Shown here piece after piece: positions 10,924 through 21,861 of a DNA stretch of 64,000 nucleotides. Each line of letters opens with the position of its first letter. Position 1 is the first letter of the stretch. Made by a program: the position numbers and the translations under genes. The notes under the pieces are model-generated. The model was not told the DNA's origin and searched no databases. It saw only the letters and a program-made list of their open reading frames with translations. Origin of the DNA: Prevotella sp. (GTDB lineage: Bacteria; Bacteroidota; Bacteroidia; Bacteroidales; Bacteroidaceae); NCBI GenBank assembly GCA_017413085.1, contig JAFPVC010000036.1:18874-82873 (forward strand). The letters run 5' to 3'.

Positions 10924-13482
10924 ATGAACCTTAAGAGAATATTCTTCACTACACTGCTCAGCATCATAGTGATGATGGCTCACGCAGAACAAATCACCGG
11001 CGTGGTAATAGATGCCGACACTGGCGACAGCATCGGATTCGCCAGCGTGACATACCGCGGTCACCACATCGCAGTGGTGAGCGACGGTTACGGCCAGTTC
11101 GCCATAGACTTCCACATGGGATGGAATCTCACATTCTCCGCAGTGGGCTATAAGCCAAAGACATACGCCGTAATTGACCGTACCTTAAAGCATCTCGTGG
11201 TAAAGTTGAAGCCAGATTCAAAAAACCTTGACGAGGTGGTGGTAAAGGCAAAGAAGGCAAAATACTCGCGTAAGGACAACCCTGCCGTAGAACTGATGCG
11301 CCGCGTGATTGCTGCCAAACAGCAAACAAAACTGGAGAACAAGGATTTCTTCCAATACCGCAACTACGAGAAAATGACCATCTCGCTCAACGACATCACG
11401 CAGGAGCAGATGACAACTGGCGCATACGCAAAGAAGGACTGGCTTAAAAACCAGCTTGAGGTAAACCCCATAACCGGCAAGTCAGTACTGCCGGTGATAA
11501 CGAATGAGAAGGTATTTCACCGCTACTACCGCAAAGAGCCAAACAAGGAGCGCATATACATTGACGGCGAACACAGCAAGGGCGTGAACGACCTGCTGCA
11601 GACAGGCGACATCTTCACGGCACTGGCAAAAGAAGTATTCACTGAAGTTGACATATATGATGATCAGGTGCGTCTGTTGCAATATCCCTTCACATCACCA
11701 ATAGGCAAGGACGCCATAGGTTTCTACCGTTTCTATATAGTCGACACACTCGAAGTGGCGGGCGACTCGTGCATAGCTGTGTCGTTTGTACCAAACAACC
11801 AGCAAGACTTCGGTTTCCGGGGCGACCTGTATATTCTGAAAGACTCCACGCTACACGTAAAAAAGGTACACCTGAGCATACCTAAACGCTCTGACGTAAA
11901 CTTCGTGCGCAACATGTCCATCGATCAGGAATACCTGCGTCTGCCAACTGGCGACTGGGTGCTCAGCATCAACGACATGCTTGTTGAAATGTCGCTAGTG
12001 GGGCAGGCCGGCAACTTTCTCATAACGCGAACGAGCCGGCGTGGCGACTACTCCTTTGACCCTATTGACGAGAAAATATTCCGTGGCAAAGCCCTTGAGA
12101 AACGCGACCCATACTCAGAGATGCGCGACAACGACTATTGGCAGGACAACCGTGAAGTGGAACTAACCCACGGCGAGCAGGGAATGGACAACTTTCTGCA
12201 GGGCATGAAGAGCACCAAGGGATTCGGCTGGCTCCTCATTGGCATGAAAGCCGTGATGGAAAACTATGTTGAAACCACCAAGGGCGATAACCCGAGCAAG
12301 GTGGACATCGGCCCAATCAACTCCATGGTGTCATCAAACGACATAGATGGATTCCGTATGCGCGTATCGGCACAGACCACAGCAAACTTGAACCCACACC
12401 TATTCCTGAAGGGCTATGTGGCACGTGGATGGCGCAGCAAAAACAATTATTACAGCGGAACACTGACATACTCCTTCAACAAGAAGGCATACTCACCTGA
12501 CGAGTTTCCTATGCGCAACATATCGTTCACGTCTACCTACGATATCTGCTCTCCATCAGATAAGTTCCTCAACGTAGACAAGGATAATGTCTTTGCAGCC
12601 ATAAAGTGGACGAAGGTGATGAACCAAGCTTTCTACAAGCGACAAACCATCGACTTTGTACGCGAAGAAGACTGGGGATTCGCCATAAGCGGCGGACTGA
12701 AATTTGAAGAAGATGAGGCTGCCGGCCACCTGCGCTTTGAGAAGATGAACGAGCCATTACCTGATGGCTTCCAAGGAAAATATCGCTTCAGCGAGGTTTG
12801 GATGCAACTGATGTTTTCGCCGGGACAGTCATACGTAAACTCAAAACAGAAACGCTCTGCCGTAAACCGCGACGCACCAGTATTCAAGTTGAAACACACC
12901 ATCGGCATTAAGGGTTTAATGGGAGGTCAGTATAACTACCACGTAACAGAGGCAAGCATATACTACCGCCAGTGGCTCAAGTCATGGGGCAAACTCGACA
13001 CTTGGATAAAGGGCGGTCTACAGTGGAATCAAGTGCCGTTCCCTCTGCTGATAGCACCAGCAGCAAACGTGTCATATATCTGGCAACGTGAGACTTTTGA
13101 ACTCATCAACAACATGGAGTTCCTGAACGACCGTTACGCATCGGTGCAGTTGGAGTGGGACTTGAATGGCAAAATTCTCAACCGCATACCATTACTCAAG
13201 CGACTGCAGTGGCGCGAGCTGATAGGTTTCAACGTGCTCTGGGGCGGATTGTCTGACAAGAACAATCCATTCCTCGACCAGAACAAAGACAGTGAGCGCC
13301 TTATGTACTTCCCCGAAGGCGTATCACTCATGGATCCACACGAACCATACATGGAGTTCCGCGTGGGTATACACAACATACTCAAAATGCTCACTGTGGA
13401 ATACGTGCACCGTATTAACTACCATCAGCTACCCACTGCCACGAAGAACGGTGTGCGTTTCGGTTTCCGCTTCACTTTCTAA
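10924..13482 (+). CDS. DUF5686-type outer-membrane protein with carboxypeptidase-regulatory-like N-domain
   Basis: ITGVVIDADTG..I.FASV N-domain, YSRKDNPAVELMRRVI, C-terminal FRFTF. Confidence 0.8.
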   Translation: MNLKRIFFTTLLSIIVMMAHAEQITGVVIDADTGDSIGFASVTYRGHHIAVVSDGYGQFAIDFHMGWNLTFSAVGYKPKTYAVIDRTLKHLVVKLKPDSKNLDEVVVKAKKAKYSRKDNPAVELMRRVIAAKQQTKLENKDFFQYRNYEKMTISLNDITQEQMTTGAYAKKDWLKNQLEVNPITGKSVLPVITNEKVFHRYYRKEPNKERIYIDGEHSKGVNDLLQTGDIFTALAKEVFTEVDIYDDQVRLLQYPFTSPIGKDAIGFYRFYIVDTLEVAGDSCIAVSFVPNNQQDFGFRGDLYILKDSTLHVKKVHLSIPKRSDVNFVRNMSIDQEYLRLPTGDWVLSINDMLVEMSLVGQAGNFLITRTSRRGDYSFDPIDEKIFRGKALEKRDPYSEMRDNDYWQDNREVELTHGEQGMDNFLQGMKSTKGFGWLLIGMKAVMENYVETTKGDNPSKVDIGPINSMVSSNDIDGFRMRVSAQTTANLNPHLFLKGYVARGWRSKNNYYSGTLTYSFNKKAYSPDEFPMRNISFTSTYDICSPSDKFLNVDKDNVFAAIKWTKVMNQAFYKRQTIDFVREEDWGFAISGGLKFEEDEAAGHLRFEKMNEPLPDGFQGKYRFSEVWMQLMFSPGQSYVNSKQKRSAVNRDAPVFKLKHTIGIKGLMGGQYNYHVTEASIYYRQWLKSWGKLDTWIKGGLQWNQVPFPLLIAPAANVSYIWQRETFELINNMEFLNDRYASVQLEWDLNGKILNRIPLLKRLQWRELIGFNVLWGGLSDKNNPFLDQNKDSERLMYFPEGVSLMDPHEPYMEFRVGIHNILKMLTVEYVHRINYHQLPTATKNGVRFGFRFTF

Positions 13483-13492
13483 AGACACAATC

Positions 13493-14272
13493 ATGAACGA
13501 TACTTCTCTGCCACTGATACTCATATCCAACGACGACGGCTATCATGCAAAGGGCATAAACTCGCTCATTGACATGCTCAAAGGCATGGGCAACATCATC
13601 GTTTGCGCTCCTGAAAGCGCACGCTCGGGTTACTCACGGGCATTCAGCACCACACCGCTAACGATGAAACACCGCCGACACTATGACCATGAGGACACCA
13701 CAATAGACGTATGGAGCTGCAGCGGCACACCTGTTGACTGCATAAAGATGGCCTACCATCGTCTGTGTCCAAAGAAAGCCGACATCATAATCGGTGGCAT
13801 AAACCACGGCGACAATGCAAGCACAAACCTGCACTACAGCGGCACCGTGGGCATAGTGATGGAGGGTGCACTGAAGCGCATACCAAGCGTAGCATTCTCT
13901 CTGTGCGATTATGACGACGATGCAGATTTTGAACCCATGCGCCCACTGGTACAAAAGGTAGTCGGACGAATTTTAAAAGAGGGGTTGCCAATCTATACTT
14001 GCCTTAACGTAAACGTTCCAAAAGACTGGAATGGCGAGACGCACATCACACGCATGGCACACGGACACTGGCGCAATGAGGTTGAGGATCGGCGGCATCC
14101 GAAAGGTACACCATACTACTGGATGGCCGGATACTACCAAAACGACGAACCTGATGAAACCGATACCGACGCATGGGCAGTAGCTAACGGATTTGCCGCA
14201 ATAACACCACTTACGGCCGACCAGACAGACTACCAGTTCATCAGGGAGAATGAAGCATTCTTGACACAGTAA
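13493..14272 (+). CDS. surE: 5'/3'-nucleotidase SurE
   Basis: ILISNDDGY, SGTPVDC, GINHGDN and YSGTV motifs. Confidence 0.95.
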   Translation: MNDTSLPLILISNDDGYHAKGINSLIDMLKGMGNIIVCAPESARSGYSRAFSTTPLTMKHRRHYDHEDTTIDVWSCSGTPVDCIKMAYHRLCPKKADIIIGGINHGDNASTNLHYSGTVGIVMEGALKRIPSVAFSLCDYDDDADFEPMRPLVQKVVGRILKEGLPIYTCLNVNVPKDWNGETHITRMAHGHWRNEVEDRRHPKGTPYYWMAGYYQNDEPDETDTDAWAVANGFAAITPLTADQTDYQFIRENEAFLTQ

Positions 14273-14298
14273 AAAGAAACAGAAAGGAAAAGTCCAGT

Positions 14299-15465
14299 AT
14301 GAAGTATTACCTCATCGCAGGAGAGGCATCGGGCGATCTGCACGCCTCCAATCTCATACGCTCACTAATAAAAGAAGACAGCACGGCAGAGTTCCGATTC
14401 TTTGGTGGCGACAATATGCTTGCCGCTGCCGAGGGACGCGGTGAGATGGTGAGACACTACCGCGACCTGGCTTACATGGGATTCATACCAGTGCTACTGC
14501 ACCTGCGTACCATAATGCAGGGCATGAAACAGTGTAAGCAAGACATAAAAGAGTGGCAGCCTGACGTGGTAATACTTGTAGATTACGCTGGTTTCAACCT
14601 TAAGATAGCAAAATACGTAAAACAACAGCTTACAAACATTCGCACCTATTATTATATAGCCCCAAAGATATGGGCATGGAAGGAATACAGAATAAAATCG
14701 TTCAAGAAGTATGTTGACGAGATGTTCTGCATACTGCCTTTCGAGAAACAGTTCTTTGAGGACAAGCACAATTACCACATACACTATGTAGGCAACCCTA
14801 CAGCCGACGAGGTCAGAAACTTCATAAGGACAACTGAAACAGACAACGATGATTTCCTTCTCCGCAACAAGTTATCAGAAAGCAAGCCAATAATAGCACT
14901 GTTGGCTGGAAGCAGACGACAGGAGATTAAGGACAACCTGCCCGCCATGCTTGAAGCCACGAAAGACTATGCACTCACGCACCAGATAGTCATAGCCGGT
15001 GCTCCTGCCATTGACCACGAATACTACGACTCTTTCACCACGGGATATGAAGTGACAGTGCTGAAACGCGGCCAGACTTACCAACTTCTATACAACGCTG
15101 AAGCCGCACTTGTAACCAGTGGAACTGCAACACTTGAGACGGCACTGTTTCATGTGCCACAAGTAGTATGCTACAAGACCCCACTTCCCCACCTGATGCG
15201 CTTTGCCTTTAATCACATTATCAAGTGCCGCTATATATCGCTCGTGAACCTCATAGCCAACCGCGAAGTGGTACTGGAACTCTTTGCCGACCGTTTTTCA
15301 GTTAACAACATACGCAAAGAGCTCCACAACATTCTTGGCAGCAAGCGCCAGCAAATGTTAAGCGACTACAAGGAGATAGAGCAACTGCTCAGCAGCGAGT
15401 GTGCACCTGACAACGCCGCACACATCATGATGCAGTCCTTGGCGGCGCAGGCAGCGTCTGCTTGA
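14299..15465 (+). CDS. lpxB: Lipid-A-disaccharide synthase
   Basis: IAGEASGDLH, YVGNP, LLAGSR and SGTATLE motifs. Confidence 0.95.
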   Translation: MKYYLIAGEASGDLHASNLIRSLIKEDSTAEFRFFGGDNMLAAAEGRGEMVRHYRDLAYMGFIPVLLHLRTIMQGMKQCKQDIKEWQPDVVILVDYAGFNLKIAKYVKQQLTNIRTYYYIAPKIWAWKEYRIKSFKKYVDEMFCILPFEKQFFEDKHNYHIHYVGNPTADEVRNFIRTTETDNDDFLLRNKLSESKPIIALLAGSRRQEIKDNLPAMLEATKDYALTHQIVIAGAPAIDHEYYDSFTTGYEVTVLKRGQTYQLLYNAEAALVTSGTATLETALFHVPQVVCYKTPLPHLMRFAFNHIIKCRYISLVNLIANREVVLELFADRFSVNNIRKELHNILGSKRQQMLSDYKEIEQLLSSECAPDNAAHIMMQSLAAQAASA

Positions 15466-16981
15466 TTTTCTGCTCGCGATGCTCCAGCCTCACCTCTACC
15501 CCGAACTTACTGTTTATATGCTCTGCCAGATGCTGCGCACTGTATACGCTGCGGTGCTGACCTCCAGTACACCCAAATGAGAACATCAGCGACGTGAAAC
15601 CACGTTGCAGATACCTTGCCACGTGAGCATCGGCTAGTTTATATACTGACTCCAAGAACGTGAGTATCTCACCGTCATCCTCAAGGAAACGAATGACAGG
15701 CTCATCCAGTCCCGTCAGTTGCTTGTACGGCTCATATCGACCGGGATTGTGGGTAGAGCGGCAGTCAAACACATAGCCGCCGCCATTGCCGCTTTCATCC
15801 TCGGGGATTCCCTTATGGAAGGAAAATGAGAACACCTTGACCACAAGCGGACCTTTACCGTCATATTTTGAGAACGTAGCCTTACCGTCACTCGGTTTAG
15901 CCGTATATGGATTACGGTCGGTTGTCTTGTACCCATCCTTTCGCGGTGCAGGCTGCTGCGGTTCTACGGCAAACTGCGGCAACGAGGTAAGACGCTGCAA
16001 CATATCCACAAGGTAAGGATATGGAAAGTCATTGCGTTCAAGCAACTGACGCAGGTTCTGCATTGCCGGCGGTATGCTCTGTATGAAATGTGCCTTGCGC
16101 TCAAAATAGCCTCGGAACCCATACGCTCCAAGCACCTGCAGTGTGCGGAACAACACAAAGAGCTGCAGGTTCTGACAGAACTCACCATACGGCGGCACCT
16201 CTGTATACTGGGTCAGCGCATCATAATATACGCGGGTCAGTTCTTCACGCAAGGAATCGCTGTAACGGGCAGAAGCTTGCCAAAGAAATGAGGCCACATC
16301 ATAATAATACGGTCCGCGTCTGCCCCCCTGAAAATCTATAAAACACGGCTGTCCCTCAGGTGTAAGCATGACATTACGCGCCTGAAAATCACGGTAGAGG
16401 AAGCCCTGCGCTGCATCAGGAAAAGCAGTCAGGTCTTTTGCCAGCATACGGAAACTGGCCTCCAACTTCAACTCATGGAAGTCAAGTCCCGTGGCTTTCA
16501 AGAAACAGTATTTGAAATAGTTCAAGTCAAACAGAACTCCCTCTTGGTCAAACTGAGGCTGAGGATAGCACACGGAGAAGTCCAGACCGCGTGCACCACG
16601 AATCTGTATGTTTGGCAATTCACGTATGGTACGGCGCAGCAGCTCACGCTCCTTCAAGGTATATCGTCCGCCAGCATCACGTCCACCCTTAATGGCATCA
16701 AAGAGCGATACTGTGCCTAGATCCTCCTGCAAATAGCACATCTCGTCGGCACTCGACTTGAGTATATGCGGCACAGGCAGTTTGCGCTTGGCAAAATGCG
16801 CCGCAAGCGCAAGGAAAGCATGGTTCTCTTCGCGCGACGTGCCTTTGCAACCTATCACACTGCGACCCGCTGCATCGGTCATGCGGAAATACTCACGGTT
16901 GCTGCCGGCTCCCGGCAACCGTTCCATTAGCTTTGGCTCCTGCCCACACCATTCGGCATATAATTCTTTCAGTTGTTGCAT
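15425..16981 (-). CDS. APH-like phosphotransferase fused to a RapZ C-terminal-like domain
   Basis: GSNREYFR, YRDFQARN, IDFQG kinase motifs; SFSFHKG, FDCR and GCTGGQHRSV RapZ-C motifs. Confidence 0.85.
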   Translation of the reverse strand: MQQLKELYAEWCGQEPKLMERLPGAGSNREYFRMTDAAGRSVIGCKGTSREENHAFLALAAHFAKRKLPVPHILKSSADEMCYLQEDLGTVSLFDAIKGGRDAGGRYTLKERELLRRTIRELPNIQIRGARGLDFSVCYPQPQFDQEGVLFDLNYFKYCFLKATGLDFHELKLEASFRMLAKDLTAFPDAAQGFLYRDFQARNVMLTPEGQPCFIDFQGGRRGPYYYDVASFLWQASARYSDSLREELTRVYYDALTQYTEVPPYGEFCQNLQLFVLFRTLQVLGAYGFRGYFERKAHFIQSIPPAMQNLRQLLERNDFPYPYLVDMLQRLTSLPQFAVEPQQPAPRKDGYKTTDRNPYTAKPSDGKATFSKYDGKGPLVVKVFSFSFHKGIPEDESGNGGGYVFDCRSTHNPGRYEPYKQLTGLDEPVIRFLEDDGEILTFLESVYKLADAHVARYLQRGFTSLMFSFGCTGGQHRSVYSAQHLAEHINSKFGVEVRLEHREQKIKQTLPAPPRTAS

Positions 16982-17364
16982 ATAGCCTCCATCAACAAAT
17001 TGCTGTCACCAAGTTTCCCATTAATCACGCACACTGCCTCGACTTTTGCCTTCAGGCATAGCTTATCATCGGCCGCGCGGTATATATCCTGCAGGAACAA
17101 ATAGCGTATTCCCTCTTTCTTTACATTCGTACGAACAATATACTCGTCGCGGCTGCGCAATGGTACTTTGAAACGCATCTCAATGCCTGACACTACACAG
17201 TCAATGCCCTGCTCATGAAGTTCAGCAAAACTAATCTTTTTCGACAGCAGGAACTCATGGCGTGCATGTTCCACATAATGCTGGTAATTTGCGTTATTAA
17301 CTATGCCCTGCAAATCACATTCATAGTCGCGCACCTTGTCACGGTGCTCATGTATATAATTCAT
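16969..17364 (-). CDS. Acyl-CoA thioesterase (4HBT/YbgC-like)
   Basis: ECDLQGIVNNANY hotdog-fold motif. Confidence 0.9.
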   Translation of the reverse strand: MNYIHEHRDKVRDYECDLQGIVNNANYQHYVEHARHEFLLSKKISFAELHEQGIDCVVSGIEMRFKVPLRSRDEYIVRTNVKKEGIRYLFLQDIYRAADDKLCLKAKVEAVCVINGKLGDSNLLMEAICNN

Positions 17365-17413
17365 AATATCTATTCTATATTTTATATATCAATTCTCAAT
17401 CCATCATTCATGA

Positions 17414-18826
17414 TTATCCGAAAAGCATACGCAGAGCCTCCTCCACCTTGCCCACAGGATGTATCTCTATTGCAAACGACTTACCCTTAAGTGCAGCCAT
17501 GCTCCTGCGAGGTATGACAATATCGGTAAACCCAAGTTTCTCTGCTTCTGTTATGCGCTGTTCAATACGCGACACAGGGCGCACTTCGCCCGACAATCCC
17601 ACCTCACCGCAAAGGCAGAACCTTGCATCAACAGGCATGTCCACATTCGATGAGAACACAGCAGCCAGGATACTCAAGTCCATAGCCATGTCTGTAACCT
17701 TAATTCCTCCAGCTATATTTATAAAGACGTCTTTCTGTATAAGTTTAAAACCCACTTTCTTTTCCAGCACAGCAAGCAACATATTCAAACGCCGCTGGTC
17801 AAAGCCTGTGGCAGAACGCTGCGGCGTACCGTATGCAGCCGTACTTACCAATGCCTGCGTTTCTATGAGTAGCGGCCTCATCCCTTCTACCGCAGCCGAT
17901 ATGGCAATGCCCGACATTCCCTCTCGGTCTTCGCTGAGCAGAAGCTCCGACGGATTGCTCACCGGACGCAACCCATTCTGCAGCATCTCATATATACCCA
18001 ATTCAGAAGTTGACCCAAAACGATTCTTTATGCTCCGCAATATGCGATATATTCCCTGACGGTCGCCCTCAAACTGTATCACTGCATCCACGATATGCTC
18101 CAATATCTTCGGGCCGGCGATAGTACCTTCCTTATTAATATGGCCTATCAATATAACCGGAACTCCACTGGCCTTGGCAAAACGCAACAGAGCACTGGCA
18201 CACTCTCTGATTTGCGTCACACTGCCAGGTGCAGAGTCAACGGTTTCCGTCTCCATGGTCTGGATAGAGTCTATTACGACAAGATCAGGAGCCGACATAC
18301 GTATCTGGTCAAACACTTTCTCTATGCTGGTCTCACACAACACCGACACAGCATCATTCACGCCCCCTTCTATGCGTTCTGCCCTCATTCTTATCTGATG
18401 GGCACTCTCCTCACCGCTTACATACAGCACGTCCCGCTCTGGCATACGCATAATTGTCTGCAACGTAAGTGTACTCTTGCCGATGCCTGGATCACCGCCC
18501 AGCAGCACTATGCTGCCGGGCACCAGTCCACCGCCAAGCACGCGGTTCAGTTCGGCATCATACATATCCATACGCGGTGACTCATGGGTTGGTATGTCAT
18601 GCAGACGCACAGCACCGGCACCGCCCTCTCCCTTATTGGCAGAGCCGCTGCGCCTTACTGCTGTAAGTTCACGCGCAGCCAAACGGGCACTCTGCTGCCC
18701 CACCTCACCTGCTATGCGTATTTCCTTGAAAGTGTTCCACTGTCCACATGATGGGCACTTGCCTATCCATTTGGCAGACTCCTGTCCACAGTTGTCACAC
18801 ACGTATGCTATCTTGTCCTTAGCCAT
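17414..18826 (-). CDS. radA: DNA repair protein RadA/Sms
   Basis: CxxC..CxxC zinc finger, GDPGIGKS Walker A, KNRFG motif. Confidence 0.97.
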   Translation of the reverse strand: MAKDKIAYVCDNCGQESAKWIGKCPSCGQWNTFKEIRIAGEVGQQSARLAARELTAVRRSGSANKGEGGAGAVRLHDIPTHESPRMDMYDAELNRVLGGGLVPGSIVLLGGDPGIGKSTLTLQTIMRMPERDVLYVSGEESAHQIRMRAERIEGGVNDAVSVLCETSIEKVFDQIRMSAPDLVVIDSIQTMETETVDSAPGSVTQIRECASALLRFAKASGVPVILIGHINKEGTIAGPKILEHIVDAVIQFEGDRQGIYRILRSIKNRFGSTSELGIYEMLQNGLRPVSNPSELLLSEDREGMSGIAISAAVEGMRPLLIETQALVSTAAYGTPQRSATGFDQRRLNMLLAVLEKKVGFKLIQKDVFINIAGGIKVTDMAMDLSILAAVFSSNVDMPVDARFCLCGEVGLSGEVRPVSRIEQRITEAEKLGFTDIVIPRRSMAALKGKSFAIEIHPVGKVEEALRMLFG

Positions 18827-18969
18827 TTCAATACAACAAAAGAATTATTCAACTGCAAAGGTACGAAAAAAGGGCGACTAAAAGAAGCATTTAATGAAAT
18901 AAACACACAAAACTTTTGTAAATTCTGCCTTTTTTAGTAATTTTGCACGAAATTAGCATTTTACCAGCA

Positions 18970-19764
18970 ATGAGATTCTACTCTGTAATAATAATAATAT
19001 TGTGCATAACAGCCTCAGCCATCAGTTGCGGACGCAGTGCCGAGGAGGAACAGCGCATCAACCAAGCCGAGCGCGACTCGCTCCGCCGCCTTGATTCATT
19101 AGCACTGAAGGTTGGAGTGCTGCCCACAGAGGAATGTTTGCCTATTGTCGTGGCAGAAAAACTGCGGTTGTTTGATACGCTTAACGTAAGCGTCCACCTG
19201 AGGCACTACCACGCACTGTCGGAATGTCGCATAGCACTGAACAACAAACTTGTGGAAGGTGCGGTTATCGATACCATGCTGGCTGCCATCATGGACTCAG
19301 TTGTTTATTCCTCCATGCGGCTGCCCATGACATGGAAACTACTCACAGCAAAGAAAGCGCGAATCAGCAGACTTGACCAACTGGCCGACAAGATGATTGC
19401 CGCCGACAGCCACGGTTGCTCACACGCCTTGGCCCAGCAGGTAAACGACACACTAAAGGTTAAAAAGAAACAGGCTTTCATAATACAAGTGGAAGACATC
19501 AGAGTACGCACCCAGATGCTCACCACCGGCAATGTGGACGCAGCACTTCTGCCGGAACCTTTTGCCGCACAGGCCAAACGTGAAGGTGCTCGTGAGATTC
19601 CTCTTAGGAACGACAATGCCGGTGTAGTGGCCTTCCGTAAAAAAGGCATGAACGATGAATATCGCAAGAAACAGGAAAAATTGTTCATCAAGGCCATACA
19701 GATTGCCAACGACTCCATACACCGATACGGGAAAGACAAATACAAAAATTTGATTGCATGGTAA
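18970..19764 (+). CDS. ABC-type substrate-binding lipoprotein
   Basis: Lipobox AISC; LKVGVLPT and GNVDAALLPEPF resemble NMT1/SsuA-type binding proteins. Confidence 0.7.
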   Translation: MRFYSVIIIILCITASAISCGRSAEEEQRINQAERDSLRRLDSLALKVGVLPTEECLPIVVAEKLRLFDTLNVSVHLRHYHALSECRIALNNKLVEGAVIDTMLAAIMDSVVYSSMRLPMTWKLLTAKKARISRLDQLADKMIAADSHGCSHALAQQVNDTLKVKKKQAFIIQVEDIRVRTQMLTTGNVDAALLPEPFAAQAKREGAREIPLRNDNAGVVAFRKKGMNDEYRKKQEKLFIKAIQIANDSIHRYGKDKYKNLIAW

Positions 19765-21860
19765 AAGACATCATACAGCGCGGACTAATCGGTTCTGCCA
19801 TGACACTGCTGAAAGAAAAAGCCGCACCATATCCCGGAGAAGGGTTCTCCGACAGATTAGAGGCGTGTCACACGGAACTAAACTACATGAGCGACTTCAT
19901 GCTGTCGGGCTATGAAGACCCACACCGTGCACAGGTATATGCCGAGATAAAGAAGAAACTGCTCGACATAGACTATGACTTGAGCGTGCGCTCAGGCTTA
20001 ATGGAGCAACCGTATATCAAGGTGTGGCACAAACAGTTGTTCACACACGACACAACACCCGAAGGACTGCAGACTCTCCTGCTTGCCACCGCCGATGATG
20101 CCACGAGACATCATGAGGCACTAAACATTTCGTTCATGGCTCTGATAACATCGTATCACTGGACTGCTGCACTACGCAACGAATGGACTCTGTTTCTCTC
20201 GTCCGAACGCACGGATGCCACTGACCGCCAGACGCTTGTCAGCGCACTAACCATCTCCGCTATTGAGAATTTCGACTATGAGAAAGTTCTGTGCCTTGCA
20301 GAGGTATACCGCGACAGCAAAACTGAGCAGGTAAGGCAGCGTGCACTCGTAGGCTGTCTGCTGGCACTGTCAAGGGTAAGCGGCGATGAAATGCGCGAAG
20401 TAAGAAGTCCCATACTCGACACACTGTTGCCAAGCGATGGAGCCGTAACCGAAATATTCATGCAGATGCTGGCATGTGCCAACGTAGACAGGGACACACG
20501 CGAGATTACCGGCAAGCTGATGCCCAACATACTGCGCAACCAACCTTTCGAGATAAAGGACGGCAAAATCGTAGAGCGCAACGAAGACAATACTGATGAC
20601 GAGAATGACGACAAAATAGAATTGATGGAGAATAGTGTCAAGAAGATTCTCTCCATGCAGAAGAACGGAGCCGACATATTCTTCTCCGGCTTCAAACAAA
20701 TGAAGCGTCTTCCTTTCTTCAACAAGCATGTAAACTGGCTGATACCCTTTTATAAAGAGCATCCAGACCTGAGCGAAGAATGCAAGAAAGCCTTGGAGAC
20801 CAAATTCATTGACCGCGTGATAAAGCAGGGACCATTCTGTGAGTCTGACAAATATTCTTTCCTGCTTGGAATGGCGAAAGCCATGGACAGCGTTCCTGAC
20901 AACATACGTGAGATGATGGAGAACGGCGAGGCCGGCCCTATAGGCATGCACAAAGACGATGAAGACATGCAGAATCCGTCATTCCTGCGTCTACAATATC
21001 TGCAGGATTTATACCGCTTCTACCGTCTATGTCCGTTAGCACTGAAACTATACAATCCTTTCAGCGAACTTCATAAATGCCATTTAGGCATTGCCACGGC
21101 CACGCATATCAGTGACAACGAGAAACGCGACCTGTGCCTACTCCTGCTCAAGAAAGACAAGGAGATGCAAATACGCAACACGGTAGCACGTCTGCTCAAC
21201 AGATTTAATGACCGTGAAACCTATGAACGGCACTTCTGCCATGCCCAACTGAAGATGACGACCGGCGACTTCGCTGTTGCCATCAACCTTTTCAACAAAT
21301 GCATGGAACTGCATCCGGGCAGTCAGGCATGTATGCGCGGACTTGCCAAAGCATACTACCAGACGGCAGATTATGAGAAAGCAGCTTTCTATTACGATGC
21401 TCTACACACGCTGAAGCCAGAGAGTCTGTCTTACTTGCTGAACTACTGCATGGCAATGACACAGACAGGTAAAGCTAACGAAGTGACCAACGAACTGTTC
21501 AGACTTGACTTTGAACACCCGGATAATACAACCGTACTCAATACGCTGACATGGTCACTGCTCCATGCAGAGAAAACAGAGCAGGCTCTCAGTGCAGCGA
21601 AACGCATGATGAAGACAGAGGGCGCTGCAAGGAATTATTCCGCATGCATAAACGCTGCATACGCCTATATTGCAAACAAAGACATACCCGAGGGCATACA
21701 GGCCTTGAAGAATTATGCAGAGACCCTCAGCAGCGAAGAACGCACACAACTGCCAGAAACGCTGGCTGAAACCATGGCTGAAGACACCAAACTGCTTAGT
21801 CTTTACGGCATAGAAGAAGCTGAGAGAGCTATTATTATCAACCGTGTGACGGAATCGTAA
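19758..21860 (+). CDS. TPR-containing protein
   Basis: C-terminal TPR-like helices; FCESDKYS motif. Confidence 0.7.
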   Translation: MVKDIIQRGLIGSAMTLLKEKAAPYPGEGFSDRLEACHTELNYMSDFMLSGYEDPHRAQVYAEIKKKLLDIDYDLSVRSGLMEQPYIKVWHKQLFTHDTTPEGLQTLLLATADDATRHHEALNISFMALITSYHWTAALRNEWTLFLSSERTDATDRQTLVSALTISAIENFDYEKVLCLAEVYRDSKTEQVRQRALVGCLLALSRVSGDEMREVRSPILDTLLPSDGAVTEIFMQMLACANVDRDTREITGKLMPNILRNQPFEIKDGKIVERNEDNTDDENDDKIELMENSVKKILSMQKNGADIFFSGFKQMKRLPFFNKHVNWLIPFYKEHPDLSEECKKALETKFIDRVIKQGPFCESDKYSFLLGMAKAMDSVPDNIREMMENGEAGPIGMHKDDEDMQNPSFLRLQYLQDLYRFYRLCPLALKLYNPFSELHKCHLGIATATHISDNEKRDLCLLLLKKDKEMQIRNTVARLLNRFNDRETYERHFCHAQLKMTTGDFAVAINLFNKCMELHPGSQACMRGLAKAYYQTADYEKAAFYYDALHTLKPESLSYLLNYCMAMTQTGKANEVTNELFRLDFEHPDNTTVLNTLTWSLLHAEKTEQALSAAKRMMKTEGAARNYSACINAAYAYIANKDIPEGIQALKNYAETLSSEERTQLPETLAETMAEDTKLLSLYGIEEAERAIIINRVTES

Positions 21861-21861
21861 G

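Noticed and set aside
15425-15465. 41-nt convergent overlap of lpxB and the phosphotransferase gene
   Set aside because: Short tail-to-tail overlaps are common; no further signal
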